Assembly (NCBI GenBank): GCA_030704615.1
Contig: CM060732.1
Coordinates: forward strand, 63,116,001-63,180,000
Reading direction: 5' to 3'
Source of the DNA: Takakia lepidozioides
Taxonomy: Eukaryota; Plantae; Bryophyta
Length of the DNA stretch: 64,000 nucleotides
Part shown: piece after piece, positions 26,901-38,900 of the stretch
Layout of the letters: every line of letters begins with the position of its first letter
How positions within the stretch are numbered: the stretch's first letter is position 1
The notes under the pieces: model-generated
Told to the model about the DNA's origin: nothing
The model's input: only the letters and a program-made list of their open reading frames with translations
Databases searched by the model: none
Made by a program: the position numbers and the translations under genes

Positions 26901-29799
26901 TCCGGATACTGCCACACAATAGGTGTGGTGTCCAATGGAGACAATTGAGGTGGTCCTGGTGCAATCCCCACACTCTCCTCCTCTCCTGACGGTACAAAAG
27001 CCTCCACCCAGGCTTGTTGCACCCGTCGATCAGCATCCCGCTGCAAATCCTTGCTCGTGCCCCACAATGGAGTCTGAGCAACCATGGTAGGCAACTCCGC
27101 CATACCATACATGTCATCCTGCTCTCCGAGGTGGTACATCCTCTGAATGAGCATTGCCCTCAAGCAACTCTCTAGGCCAACTCACTGCCGCTGTGAATGC
27201 TGCTAGTGTCGGCATCTTGCCTCGCTGGGCAACCGCAACTCCTCCTCCTATGAACGTCACAGGGAGCTGCACACGCCGGCCCTCCCCTGACTGCCATGCA
27301 GGCCTATAGGAAGCTGACTCCTCCCAAAAATCCAGGGTGAAGCCCATGGGGTACAACACTGCCCCACCAACCAGGACATCGTATGAGACTGCGTCTGTCA
27401 CAATGGCCTTGGCTCGCATCACTGAGCCATCTGTAGGGTGATCCGGCCGTAGTCTGATAGCCAACTCATGCCGTGTCATGCCCCGAGCCTGCTCCGATCC
27501 TCCCAGAGACGTCTGTATCTGGAAAGGACAAGGCTCCATATCCGCCTCCGTGAGGCCCAAGCCTGCAATAGCAGCTCTGCCACATCAGGGCTGAGCTCCG
27601 ATGAAGATCCCACTCAGAGTGTAGCTGCCAGCCTGAACACCTCAGCTGGTCTTACCCCCGGCGTCGCAATCATGGTAGCCGAGAACAATGGAGCCTGGCA
27701 CACAGATGTGGCCGCTCCTAGCAGCACACTAGCTGCCGTAGCCTTGGCAACACTAGGTAGTGGTGCTACCCGTGTAGCTCTCCCCAATGGCATAGTAACC
27801 TCCGCCTCGGTAACAGTCGGGCGAGAACTAGGTGCCATGGATGGCGTCGACACTGTCTCCGCCAATGTGAATGACTGAGGAAGCCTAGCCTGACGGCTTG
27901 CCTCCCCACGCTGTGGATCCAACTCCACCTCTGCACCTCGTGGCTCAGGAACTCGTGCTGCTCCTCGAGTCACGGCTGCAGCAGACTCCACCTGCACTAG
28001 TGGTAGTGCTGCTCCACACATGAATCCCATGCCTCCCATATCTCCTCCCTCAGGAGCAGGAGGTGGACCATCCGGCCTTAGAGCCGGTACCACCTGAGCT
28101 GTAGCCATGGCAGCGAGCCTCTGCTCTAGCTGCTGAAGCCGGTTGGCCATGCCTTGGTCAACACCCTGACCTCCGCGTCCTTGGCCACGTTGAGCTTGCC
28201 CTTGGCCTCGTGGCTGGCCACCTCGTCCTCTCTGGGCTGCTCCACCTCGCCCCCGGCCACCATTGTTCCCTTGGAACTGGCCTGGGCGCAACTCAGGATG
28301 CAAACCATAACACTGGGCCTCTCCATGCCCGTGCTTGCCACAATGCCCACACTGCAACTGTGCAGGCTGTGCATGTGCCGACCCTTTGCCTCCCTCTGGG
28401 CAATCCTTCTTGACATGGGGTCCTCCACATGTCCAGCACACCACATCCGCCCGTTGTTGGCCAGCAAATGAAGGGAGAGACCCCTGCATCTGAGGTCCTC
28501 TCTGCCCTTCCCTGAGCTTCACCTGAGCCCCCTTGTTGCCTTGAGCACGTTGAGGTAGTGGTTGGCTAGGAGCACCACTACCCCGTGGTGTCTCCTTAGC
28601 AAATCCCACCATGACCACTCGTTCCTCCACCATGTTGAGCTCTATCCGCTCTGCCAGCAAAACACATTTGCTAAGGTGGGTTGGGCCGCTTGTAGGAGAG
28701 TTGCATCCCGCACCCTTCTCCTCAGCTCCTTGTCCAATATCCCATACCAGAATTGGACTGCCTGAGCTTCCGTAACCCCTTGGGTTACATTTATCAAGCG
28801 CCTCATGCGAGTGAAAGCCTCCCTCAAGCTCTCGGTCGGCTTCCGTTGGAACTCTTGCAAGCTCCGCAACTTCTCTGTCCTCACCCCTTGGTAGTTCCCT
28901 CTCAACTCTTCGAAGAACTCCACAACAGGGTTGAAGGCAGGCACGGGTGCTAGTGCTGGTGCGTAGTGGCTTGGGTGGACGTCGCTACGTATACTGTACC
29001 ACCAGTCCCACTGCTACTTGCTGAAGCTGCCGGTGCAGCGGCAGGTGTAGCCACTGCCCTCGTGGCTCTAGTGCCCCTAGTGATGGAGACATAGTCGGGT
29101 GACCAGTACATCCTCCACTCCTCGATCTCAACCTCATGCCCCCGCCTGAACTCATGGTAATCATCCATAGGCGGCCCTCAAGGTGCTGAAACAGCCCTTT
29201 CCATGCCATGAACGGCGTAAATAGTTGTGGATTGCGCATTTGCTGCAAATCACACCAACTATCAACTCTTGGATAAAATCATCCAACTCGATGGTGCCCA
29301 CCGCCCCAGAGTACCTTCGTGGCCCCTTGGTAGCTCCATACATCTCCTCCATTGTGTCCCACAACAATGGCAAAGAACAACTTGCACCGCCGGTATGAGT
29401 CCTCCTGATTCACAATCCGACAGAACCTTCCGTAGAAGACACAGGAGGTGAAGGTGGCCTAAACCGCACACCTCGTCTCGTGTACCCACTAGTATCGCTA
29501 GTGCTCGAACCGGCACTGTCCCCAGCAACTAGTGGCACCTCCGTGTTGACACTCAACCGGTCATGAACATGTCCCTAACCCCCTCTCCACAAGGTAACCG
29601 GGTAGAGAACCTGTTGCGGCTTATGGTTTGGAATACTAAGTTCCGCCTAACATAGCCTACACCTGAACTTGCATGACCATGGGAATATCATGAAGATACT
29701 CCTCAAACCTCCACGAGCTTCAAAATTCGGCCTTCCAGACCACATGCCAGTCCTTAGTCCACCAGTGCCTCCACGAGTCAGCAGGCCATCCACAGGTGG

Positions 29800-30290
29800 C
29801 CCACACAGCTCACTGGTCACAGCCGTCACAGTCATTTTGGTTTCTGTTCACATTTGGCCTTCAACAACATTGATTTTTCTGTCACAGGTTCCTAACAACA
29901 TGTCACAGGGCACACACACACACAGCCCTCCCACATTCACACAGTCACAGCATGGCCACAGGCAGCCTCACAGCAGGCCAAAGGCCAGCAACAGTTCACA
30001 CACACACACAGCCTGTGCCTCCACAGGCCTTCAACAGCCTGTCCAACAGGGGCACCCTGTCACAGCCCCTCACAGCCCATCCACAGCCTCACACACAGCA
30101 GTCACACACACATACACAACAACATCCACATTCACAGCACCCTTCTTCACAGCCTGTTCCTCACAGTCACATCTCCAACAGGTCACAGCCTGGCAGCCTG
30201 TCACACAGCCCGTAGCATCAGTCACAGCCCATCACAGATCAACACATCACAGCCACCTGGAACAGCCTCACAGCCCCACACATGGCCTCT
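29800..30290. repeat. Degenerate TCACAGCC-type short repeat array in the 5' leader of copy 1
   Basis: Many (G)TCACAG(CC) units; expanded counterpart at ~58150-58750 in copy 3. Confidence 0.75.
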
Positions 30291-31787
30291 GGCAGTTTAG
30301 CCATTTCTCCAAGGGGTTTAGCCACGCCAAGCTAGGGTTTGTGTCTCTTGGACTCTAGGCTTCTTTCCACCGAGCTATGGTGGCTGTGAGGAAATCAGCA
30401 AGGTATCTTCTCTTTCGGCTCCCACACACCACCATAGTAGCCCTAAGCCATGAGGTGGTTGCCACAAACCAAGCCTTCTTTCTCACTTAGCCTCCCCAAA
30501 CACGCCACTAAACTCAATGGCAAACAACCAAGCCCTGCTGGTTCCCAGCCCTTGTGAGCACTCATTCAAGCACTCTCTTGGCCATAGCATCTGTCTTAGA
30601 GCCTATTCCAGCCCCTACACCTGTTGCTTCAAGAGTTGCGCTCCCTTCAAGCTTGAAGTTGAAACCCCAACTCACATAGGCCCTACAAGTGCTTTTCTTT
30701 CACTCCAAGTGGAAACCAGCCCTAGACCTTCCGTTCTAGCTCTCTAAGCTTGAAAACAAGAGCCTCAATGGGCTGAAGGCATGCTCCACACATGCCCCAC
30801 TCTCACCATAAGAGAATCAGCTCCTTTGCTTCATTTCTTGCACCCACAAACCTGAAATACAAGCTTCAGCAGGCTGAAAGCATGCTCCACATGCCCTACA
30901 GGGAAACCAGCCCCTTCCTTCCTTTCTTGCACTCCCACACCTGAAAGTGCAAGCCTTCACCAGGCTGATAGCATGCTCCACACATGCATTGCCCTCACAT
31001 AAGGGAAGTCAGCCCTTCCCTCTTCCTTGCTTGCCCTCCAAGCTTGAAGATGGAAGCTTCAATGAGCTGAATACATGCTCCACACATGCAACCTCTTCAC
31101 ACAAGAGATATCAGCCCCCTATCTTGGCTCCTTGGCTCCTTGATGCTCTCTAAGACAAGACTAAGCACTCCACAGCCTTTGCCAAGCTCCTGAAACCCTA
31201 AGGCTTACATTTCCAGCCACAAGACACTTCTCTTGTGGTGCAAGAGCTCTTCTTCCAAGCTCTGAAACCCTAGGTGCACATTCCATGGCCTTGCCGCACC
31301 TCTTAGCTCCTGTTCCAGCCCTGCTCTTGCCATGACAAGAGCCCTCTCAATGCTGAAGCTCGAGATTGAAACCCAATCTCACCATACTCCACAAAGTGCA
31401 CTGATTTGCCCCAAGCCAAATCAGCCCTTTCGCTTGGTCTTGCAATCCTTCACACAATGAAAGCTCGCATTCCCAAGTCCAGTTCTCAGCTTTGCCACCA
31501 AAGCCACTATAACCTGCTCTTGACTGGTCCTCTTCCCAATCGTGCTTGCTCATGCATGTACACAATCTGAAACCATCAAGGTGCTCTGGAATTACCTGCA
31601 GCATGGTGCTTTCATCTCTGAAGCTGAAGATCGAATGCCAAGGTCTACCACCTCGTAACCCACATCGCCTCCGCTTCTAACAACAAGAGCTCCACGGTGC
31701 TCCTTGCATAACAACTTGGTTTCTCTCATTCTCAAGCAAAAACCACAAGTGCTACAACTAACTCGTATCTGGCACTCACAGATACGA

Positions 31788-31804
31788 GCTGATCTTTCTC
31801 GAGT
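31788..31804 (-). promoter_or_regulatory. Non-tRNA primer-binding site complementary to the element's own repeat A
   Basis: Sense (A)CTCGAGAAAGAT(C/G)AGC directly after A1; reverse complement at 31958-31974 inside A1. One mismatch here, perfect in copies 2 and 3. Confidence 0.75.
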
Positions 31805-34254
31805 GATAAAGAAGAAGAATACAAGCACAAGCTCACAAATCTGAAGCATAAACTCATGCATATATAACCTCATCACTCAAATACAAGTCAAGCCAAGTGC
31901 ACCCCACGCCATGGGGAATCCACACTACGGCGCCATAGCTAGGCGCGGTGAGGCTCAACTCGAGAAAGATGAGCCTCCCGCGCTTGCCGTGAAGATAACC
32001 ACTCCAGGGCCTAAATCTGCCTTGACCCCTGGATTGACACTTGGGCCAATCCCAAATGTCAATATGTAAAAGCTAGCTATTTCCTAGCTAGTTTCACACT
32101 AGTGGTAAAATAACTTGACAACTTGGAGATAGATGCCATTGGACACTTGGGCCAAAGACACAGGCTACACTAGAGGTCGCACGCCTCGACATAGAAGACG
32201 CACTGGGATACATAGGGGATTGCACTTGGGCTTAGATGACACTGGACACTTGGGCCAACGACATAGGCTACCCTAGTGTGTGTAAAACTACACAAGAGGG
32301 GTGTGGCCTCGTGGTAAGCCACTCGTGTATTGGCCTTTGGGTCTCGGGTTCAAATGTTCAAACCCTATCATCCATCTCTCTACCTTTAGGCTGGGGCCTG
32401 TGCCCGTTTAATACACTAAGCTTACAACTGTGTTTTAGCCAAATGCCCAACTAATCAATTTTCTATTTACTTAGACATTCTCAATGTTGTGCACCTAATT
32501 TCCTTGTAAACGTATTGTTACTAGTAAGACATTACATTCCACTCACGATCTGTCCATCTGTACTAATGTTCTTAACTAGGTCATCACCAACCCCTACTAC
32601 ACATGTATTATCTAGAACCGCCTCTACACCATCCACATTTGCTCCACATCTCGCTCCGCGTATACACCCCTTACAATAACAATGTCGATTCTCTAGCCGG
32701 TTAGCAAGCTCAATGGCCTTTGCCGGTTCCCTTCCATAGCCGGTTCCCCGCGGGCTGCACTTTCCGGTTATGCATATGTGCATAACCAGCAAATAACTGC
32801 TCAATATGTATGTCCAGATCTCATACCCAGTTAACATTGGTGTGGACTTTCAAAGATCCGAATTGATCTGGAAACTCATGATTATGCCACATGATTTGCA
32901 AATGTCAAATATTACTCGGATCTTCTATGAAGTCTCCACTCCAACATTGCGCCTATAGAAATTGCGGCAGGATGAACTAGTTCATGAATTACAAATTGTA
33001 CCAAATTCCTTTGCTTCGAGTCAATGCCAAATGATGCAGCACATGGAGTTCCAGCCCAATTTTCATATCCTTGGTAAGCAACAGATCTAGTCACGGTCAA
33101 ACGGTCTAATTTTCTTCTTGTACGCATACATAGGCTGAACGAAGTGACTATTTGGAACAGTTCGTACATTCTTTTAATTATTAACAATAAAACTTGTATT
33201 ACTTATAAATTTACGTTTCTTATCATTCTACAATTTATTAATTGAAACGTTCACATTGCCTCGATAAGTACCCGTAAGGTTAATAAAGGTCCCAAATTTT
33301 TATCTCTACACATGGCCCCACACATCAGCCAAATCCTACACTCCTTACCACCCCTTCCCAATTGGGTACTCCATTGCTTTCCCATTTTATGACCTTCATA
33401 AGAACCGTTTGTGGTGGGGAGGTGGGCCCTTCTTCGAGAGCTCTCCCACCTATGTATATACAAGAGGTCCCCTTACTTTCTTATTGAGCTCCGCCAAGAG
33501 CCGAGCTTGAGCTAGAGGTTTGGTGGGCTTTGGCTATGCGTAGACCCGCTAGGAAACTAAAAAGTGAATAGGAATTATCACTCAATCAATAGAAATCTCA
33601 ATAAGTAGTTGAGATTGCCAATATTAAAGGCAAAAAGGATATATTCTAAGATACTAAGATACTCTAGTTTACAAGGTTTAAAGCCCAAGCAAAGAGCCCA
33701 AACTAGCATGGTAACTCGAGTTTGAGCCATTTGTGTGATTCATTTGTCTAGTTGTGATAGGTGATAGGTGTTTTATTATTATTATTATTATTACTGAATT
33801 AATAAAGAAATGGAATGGAGCCCAGATGATAGGCAAGTTTTTTTTTTTTCATTTTTCCAGAAGAAGAAGAAGAAGAAGAAGACTTTGGCCGAAACCGGCA
33901 TAACTTATAAGAGCCACTTCGTCTCATGGCTATAATGCCCATGTGGCGAGAAAAACGAGGCGACAAGGTAAGAAAAGTGGCTATATTCCAGGTGTCACAT
34001 TTTAACCGGTCCACATTGTCCAAATTAGGCTCATAATATTCAATTGTGGCACTTTTTGGCAAAAAAAATGGATATTACCCCCCATTCATTCAGAAATTAA
34101 TCACAATCCATAAGTAATTCATGAATGTAGCTTCAAGATGGAAGAGATGGAGGTCATTGTAGTCATCATAAAATCATAGCAAACTAAAATATCTCTGTAG
34201 AATATATAGATAATAGAGTTATCCGTTAAGTCCAAGGGATGGAAGGTGAGTTAA

Positions 34255-35075
34255 CCCTCAAGTTCCCAAGCCCTTTTTTGACATTTTACCAATTTTGGGT
34301 ACCCAGCTGTAGTAAATTGCCCCTAGAAACCTACCAAAAATCATCCAGAGATTCCAGCCTTATAGCAATGGGCCCAGCTCATTTATGCATGACATACCAA
34401 AAAATGAGCCAAGTCCACCGTGGAAATTGTGAGATTATAGCGTTGGCCGGACCTCAAATATCAGGTCCCAAAAAAGAAGTGAGAAAGAAATTGGTTTGAC
34501 CAAATCAAAACCTAGCTTTATCCAATTTTGCTTGCCCCAAGACCCACCATTTCCAAATCAATAGTGGAGTGGCTATGACCCCACTAAATTGCAGGTCCAA
34601 CTGATTTTTTCACCTATGGTTGCTATGCATGCAATTACATGGGGGTTGAAATCTCAAAATTGACAAGAGAAAATGTGCCTCCAAATGAAGTACTTTTTTT
34701 TCTACAAATTTCTTAAAAGCCAATGGTGGATGTGTGTATATAATGCTCACACACCACAAGGTGAAGTGCTTTTTCCAAAATTGCTAATTTTCTGCCAAAA
34801 ATGGCCTTTGGAGTGCAATCTATTTTGGGCTTGTTTACCTGCCACGTCAGCGGTCAACAAGCCCTTTTCAGGCCCCAAAACGTAAATGAGAGATCTAAGA
34901 TATTTTTTGTAGGTCGTAGCTTTTTTTTTTTTTTTTTTTTTTTTGCGCATCATACTCGAGATAAATCCTTGTCATTAAAGCTTCAGGAGTGGGCCCCATC
35001 AGATTAGATTTGCAAAAATTAGGTCGAACTGCAAATTCAAAGTGACCTGATTCAGGTCGCTTGGGAACTTAAGGG
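34255..35075. mobile_element. piggyBac-like non-autonomous element (821 bp)
   Basis: TTAA|CCCTCAAGTTCCCAAGC ... GCTTGGGAACTTAAGGG|TTAA: 17-bp TIR with 1 mismatch; TTAA at 34251-34254 and 35076-35079. Confidence 0.6.
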
Positions 35076-35967
35076 TTAACTCAAAATAGCACAAAAATGA
35101 GCGTACAACGCGTTTCATCCTGTATTTGTTTTCTGGCATTCCTCTCCGGGTACGTGGCGTGGAATACAGCGAGGCTGGGGCGCTCACGTAAGGGAACACT
35201 TGCGGACCTTTTGCGTTGGCCCTGCTTGCTGTCCTAGTTCCTCTTTTAGTATTGTGTCAGCTGAACTTAACGGATACGCGAGAGAGAGAAGAATCTGATC
35301 GGAGGACCGGCGTAACTAAGAGCCACTTCGCCTTATGGCTACGCGCAAAGTGCCCACAAGAGGCATTGTGGGGATGTATCAAGGGACGGAAGGGAGGGTG
35401 ACATAACTTTAATGAGTAGAAAGTATTATTATACTTTCTTTTATTTCCTCACCCTTAAGTATGCCCCTCACAAGTCATTTTTTTCACACCACAAATTATT
35501 GTCAATATGTGAAGCAAGGTAGTTTGTTTGTTTGTTTTGTAGCGTTGAGATGTCCCAAACCGCAGGCCCCAACCTTGGTACTTGGTACCGTTGGCAAGCC
35601 CTCGATGAAGAGGGGTCACCAACTTGGTCTCATAATTTTTGAACATGCGGTGTGGGAGATATAGATCAATTTCAAGTATTTTTGGTTGCTGGAAATTCAT
35701 GAAAAATAGCAAAGTGGGCTTTCCTGGAACAATGAGTGGATATATTACTAATCAATAAATTCATGGAAAAAAATAAATTGTTTTTTCCAAAATATGATTA
35801 TATTTACATAAGTATAAGTTAGTATATCTTCTAACTCTTTCACCAAATTGTAATCTCTAAATCACATTACATTGTTGCTCATTTTATTCATGTTTACAAT
35901 ATTCTTTAAGCATTAGTTCATTCATGTACCACAACATTCTTTGTAACTAAACAAACATCCAACTTCA

Positions 35968-38900
35968 TGTCGTGTGCATACATATCGCTACACAACTACA
36001 TCGCTGTCCAAAACCACACAACACACACTAGTATACCACTAGTCCATCACTAGTCCAACCATTAGTCCAACCACTAGGCTGCCACTATACTGCCCACTGT
36101 GGCAGTCACTAGTCCACCACAATGATAAAGAAGAAGAATACAAGCACACAAGCTCTCTCAAACTCACACACTTGCACATGAAAACATCACTCATATATTA
36201 AGTCGAGCCAAGTGCACCCCACGGCATGGGGAATCCACACTACGACGCCATAGCTAGGCGCGGTGAGGCTCAATTCGAGAAAGATGAGCCTCCTCGCGCT
36301 TGCCGTGAAGATAACCACTCCAGGGCCTAAATCTGCCTTGACCCCTGGATTGACATTTGGGCCCATCCCAAATGTCAATATGTAAAAGCTAGCTATTTTC
36401 TAGCTAGTTTCACACTAGTGGTGAAATAACTTGACAGCTGTCGTGCGCATACATATCGCTACACACCTACATCGTTGTCCAAAACCACATAACACATGTG
36501 CACACCACATACTAGTATACCACTAGTCCATCACTAGTCCAACCACTAATCCAACCACTAGGCTACCACTATGCTGCCCACTATGGCAGTCACTAGTCCA
36601 CCACAATCGCCCCCCTAGCTGGTGCTTAGGTCCCTCTAAGTCCAGGTAGCCACAAGATGCGATAGTGACCGTAGCATCATTAAGTCCTCCACCACTGTCT
36701 CTACTACAGTCAAACTCGATAGATCAAGAGACCGGGTACAAGAGTTGCCCCATCGTTAGTCGCTGTCTTGCAACCTGTGAACTTGAGCCTGGGATCTCGT
36801 GTATTGACTCCTATGAGCTTGGCTGCTTGTTAGTTGCCACTGGTCATATCCACTGCCACTATCTCAAGCAGTGTGGATATAACCAATCTCCATCAGGAAC
36901 CTTCTCAAGAGGTGATATCAAGCATCACATGTGCCAACCTCTTGAGCATCGATCACATACCAGCATAGTGGCTGCCCCTTTGGCAGACCCACACAACATG
37001 CACCTCAAACCTGCAGGTACCACTGCCAAGTTTGGGTCAATCCTGCCATCGACATTGGGAAGGTGACATGACGCACAATTATGCACATGATCTTTCCAAG
37101 TCATGCCATCCCGACCCTCCAAGAACAAGACTCTTAAGGGCAACACCTCTCGAACCCTCAGAATAATACACCCTGCAGTCACATCCAAGGTCGTAGGAGC
37201 AGTCTGCTGTAAATAAACATAGTCCCCAGGGTGGAACCTCCAACCCAGGATGATATCCTCCATCACGTATAGTGGTATACCTCAACGTATCACGGTGTTG
37301 TGCAATGGCAAGGTTCTCAAAAGCCATGGGCTTGACTTTCTTGAACAACTGTGCACGCTGATCACATGCACGTACCCACACGTCCAGATCGTCAAGGTTA
37401 AGGACTTGAGTAGTGTCCCTACGAATGGTTGTAGGCAAATTCGGCTCTCGGCTAAAGAGAAGGAAATATGGTGAGAAGAAGGCAAATGATGCTTGCTTGC
37501 TGAACCTGTAGCCCATAGCTAACCAAGGTACCTGAAGATCCCAATCTCTTAGGTGTCTCTTCTGCAAGCCATACTTGCGCAAACCCCTCTTCACCGTCTG
37601 AACAACTCTCTCTGCCAAGCCATCAGCCTTAGGATGATCCCGAGAAATGGTGCGGTGGTCTATCAAGGCTTTATCACACAAAGCCTGAAACTCCCCCAAG
37701 AACTCTCTCTCTTGGTCCGTGAGTACCTCAGCTGGAGCACCGAATCGGCTAAGTACACGATCCAAGAATGCATACGCAGCCCCCTCACTAGCCTTGTCAG
37801 GCAATGGAACCAACTCAGTCCACTTGGAGAAGTGCTCCACCATCATCAACACATATTTGTGGTGGCACATCGTCAGTGGCAACGGTCGTGCAAAGTCAAG
37901 ACTCCATCTGTAGCCTAATCCTATGATCGGTAAAGGATGCAACTGGGGTGTAGGGGCATTGAATAAAGCATGCACCCTGTCACACACCATGCACCTAGCC
38001 ACGAACTGTTGCACCTATGTGTGCATACCACGCCACCAATACTGCCCCTGCAATAGACTCCAAAATGCCCCAACTCCTCATGGGTATGCCGCACTAACCG
38101 TGCACGCTGAGTTGGGTGAGGCACAATCCTCACCCGACCATCCCTCCACACTCGGAGCATGTGTATCCCCTCCCACTTAAACTTCTTGGCTCGTTCCAGG
38201 ATCCGATCCCTCGCAGTCACAGTGGCTACCGTGTCTCCAATACGGAGGTAGTCCAACACAGCCGAATCCTCATGTATATCTCTGGCACCACCTGGCTCGT
38301 CACTAGCCTCAGGGTCCTCAGACACTCTGCTACAGTCATCCCTGTTGTAGGCCCAATCTAGCCTCCCGCTCCCAAGATACACAGAAATGTAGATGCGTGC
38401 CATCCCGGAACCATTTCCTCGTCCGTCTCACCATGCCACCGCGCTCCAGTGTCATCCTGCTGGCTCGTGCATGGATTGCGACTCAATCCATCCGCATCCC
38501 GATTGACCAAACCCGGTCGATGCACAATCTGAAAGTCATACTCTTGGAGTATGAGTGCCCACCGTGCAAGCTTCCCTGTAAGCTTGTCTAACTCCATCAA
38601 CCACTTGAGTGGCTGGTGATTCGTAACAAGGGTGAAGAGATTGCCGTATAGATAGCACCGGAAGTGTGCCACGGCCCACACTGCAGCTAATGACTCTCCC
38701 TCATATGAGCTATACTTAGCCTCTGCAACGTTGTTCAAGCGGCTAGCATAAGCCACTACGAACTCTCTTCCCTCATCATCTATCTGTGTGAGCACCGCTC
38801 CAATCCGTATGCAGCTGAAAGGAACACCCCCTGATAGGTCGTCTCAAGATGGGCGTCAAGGTCAATCTCGCCTTGAGCTCTTGAAAAGCTCGTTCTTGCT

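Larger units (their letters stand above)
22565..29570 (-). pseudogene. Frameshifted gag-pol polyprotein of copy 1: Gag-ZnK-PR(partly deleted)-DNMT-RT-RNaseH-IN-PHD
   Basis: Zinc knuckles CWTCGGPHVKKDC and CGHCGKHGHGEAQC; [24 protein letters not shown]; RNaseH VVAYASR, TDHQPL, ARWALILQEY; integrase HEELGHFG..CMVC, WSLDFAGP, TDQGREF, DGLAER; PHD at the C-terminus. Start codon uncertain. Confidence 0.9.
21609..32120 (-). mobile_element. DNMT3-carrying Ty3/Gypsy-type retrotransposon copy 1, split direct repeats, TSD ACTT
   Basis: Ends TGTC..GACA; ACTT at 21605-21608 and 32121-32124. Repeat A (317 bp) at 31804-32120 and 21798-22114; repeat B (190 bp) at 22117-22306 and 21609-21798. Gag-pol domains lie between. 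Confidence 0.95.
21095..32276 (+). mobile_element. Non-autonomous Helitron copy 1 (~0.67 kb net), interrupted by retroelement copy 1
   Basis: A|TC 5' end (TCAATATATGAAGC) and 3' GGGCCAACGACATAGGCTACCCTAG|T. Homologous to 35502-46467 at both ends. Confidence 0.65.

Noticed and set aside
29669-30358. 229-aa plus-strand ORF as an accessory antisense gene
   Set aside because: Low-complexity T/H/S/Q product of the TCACAGCC array; frame not conserved in copy 3 and region absent in copy 2.
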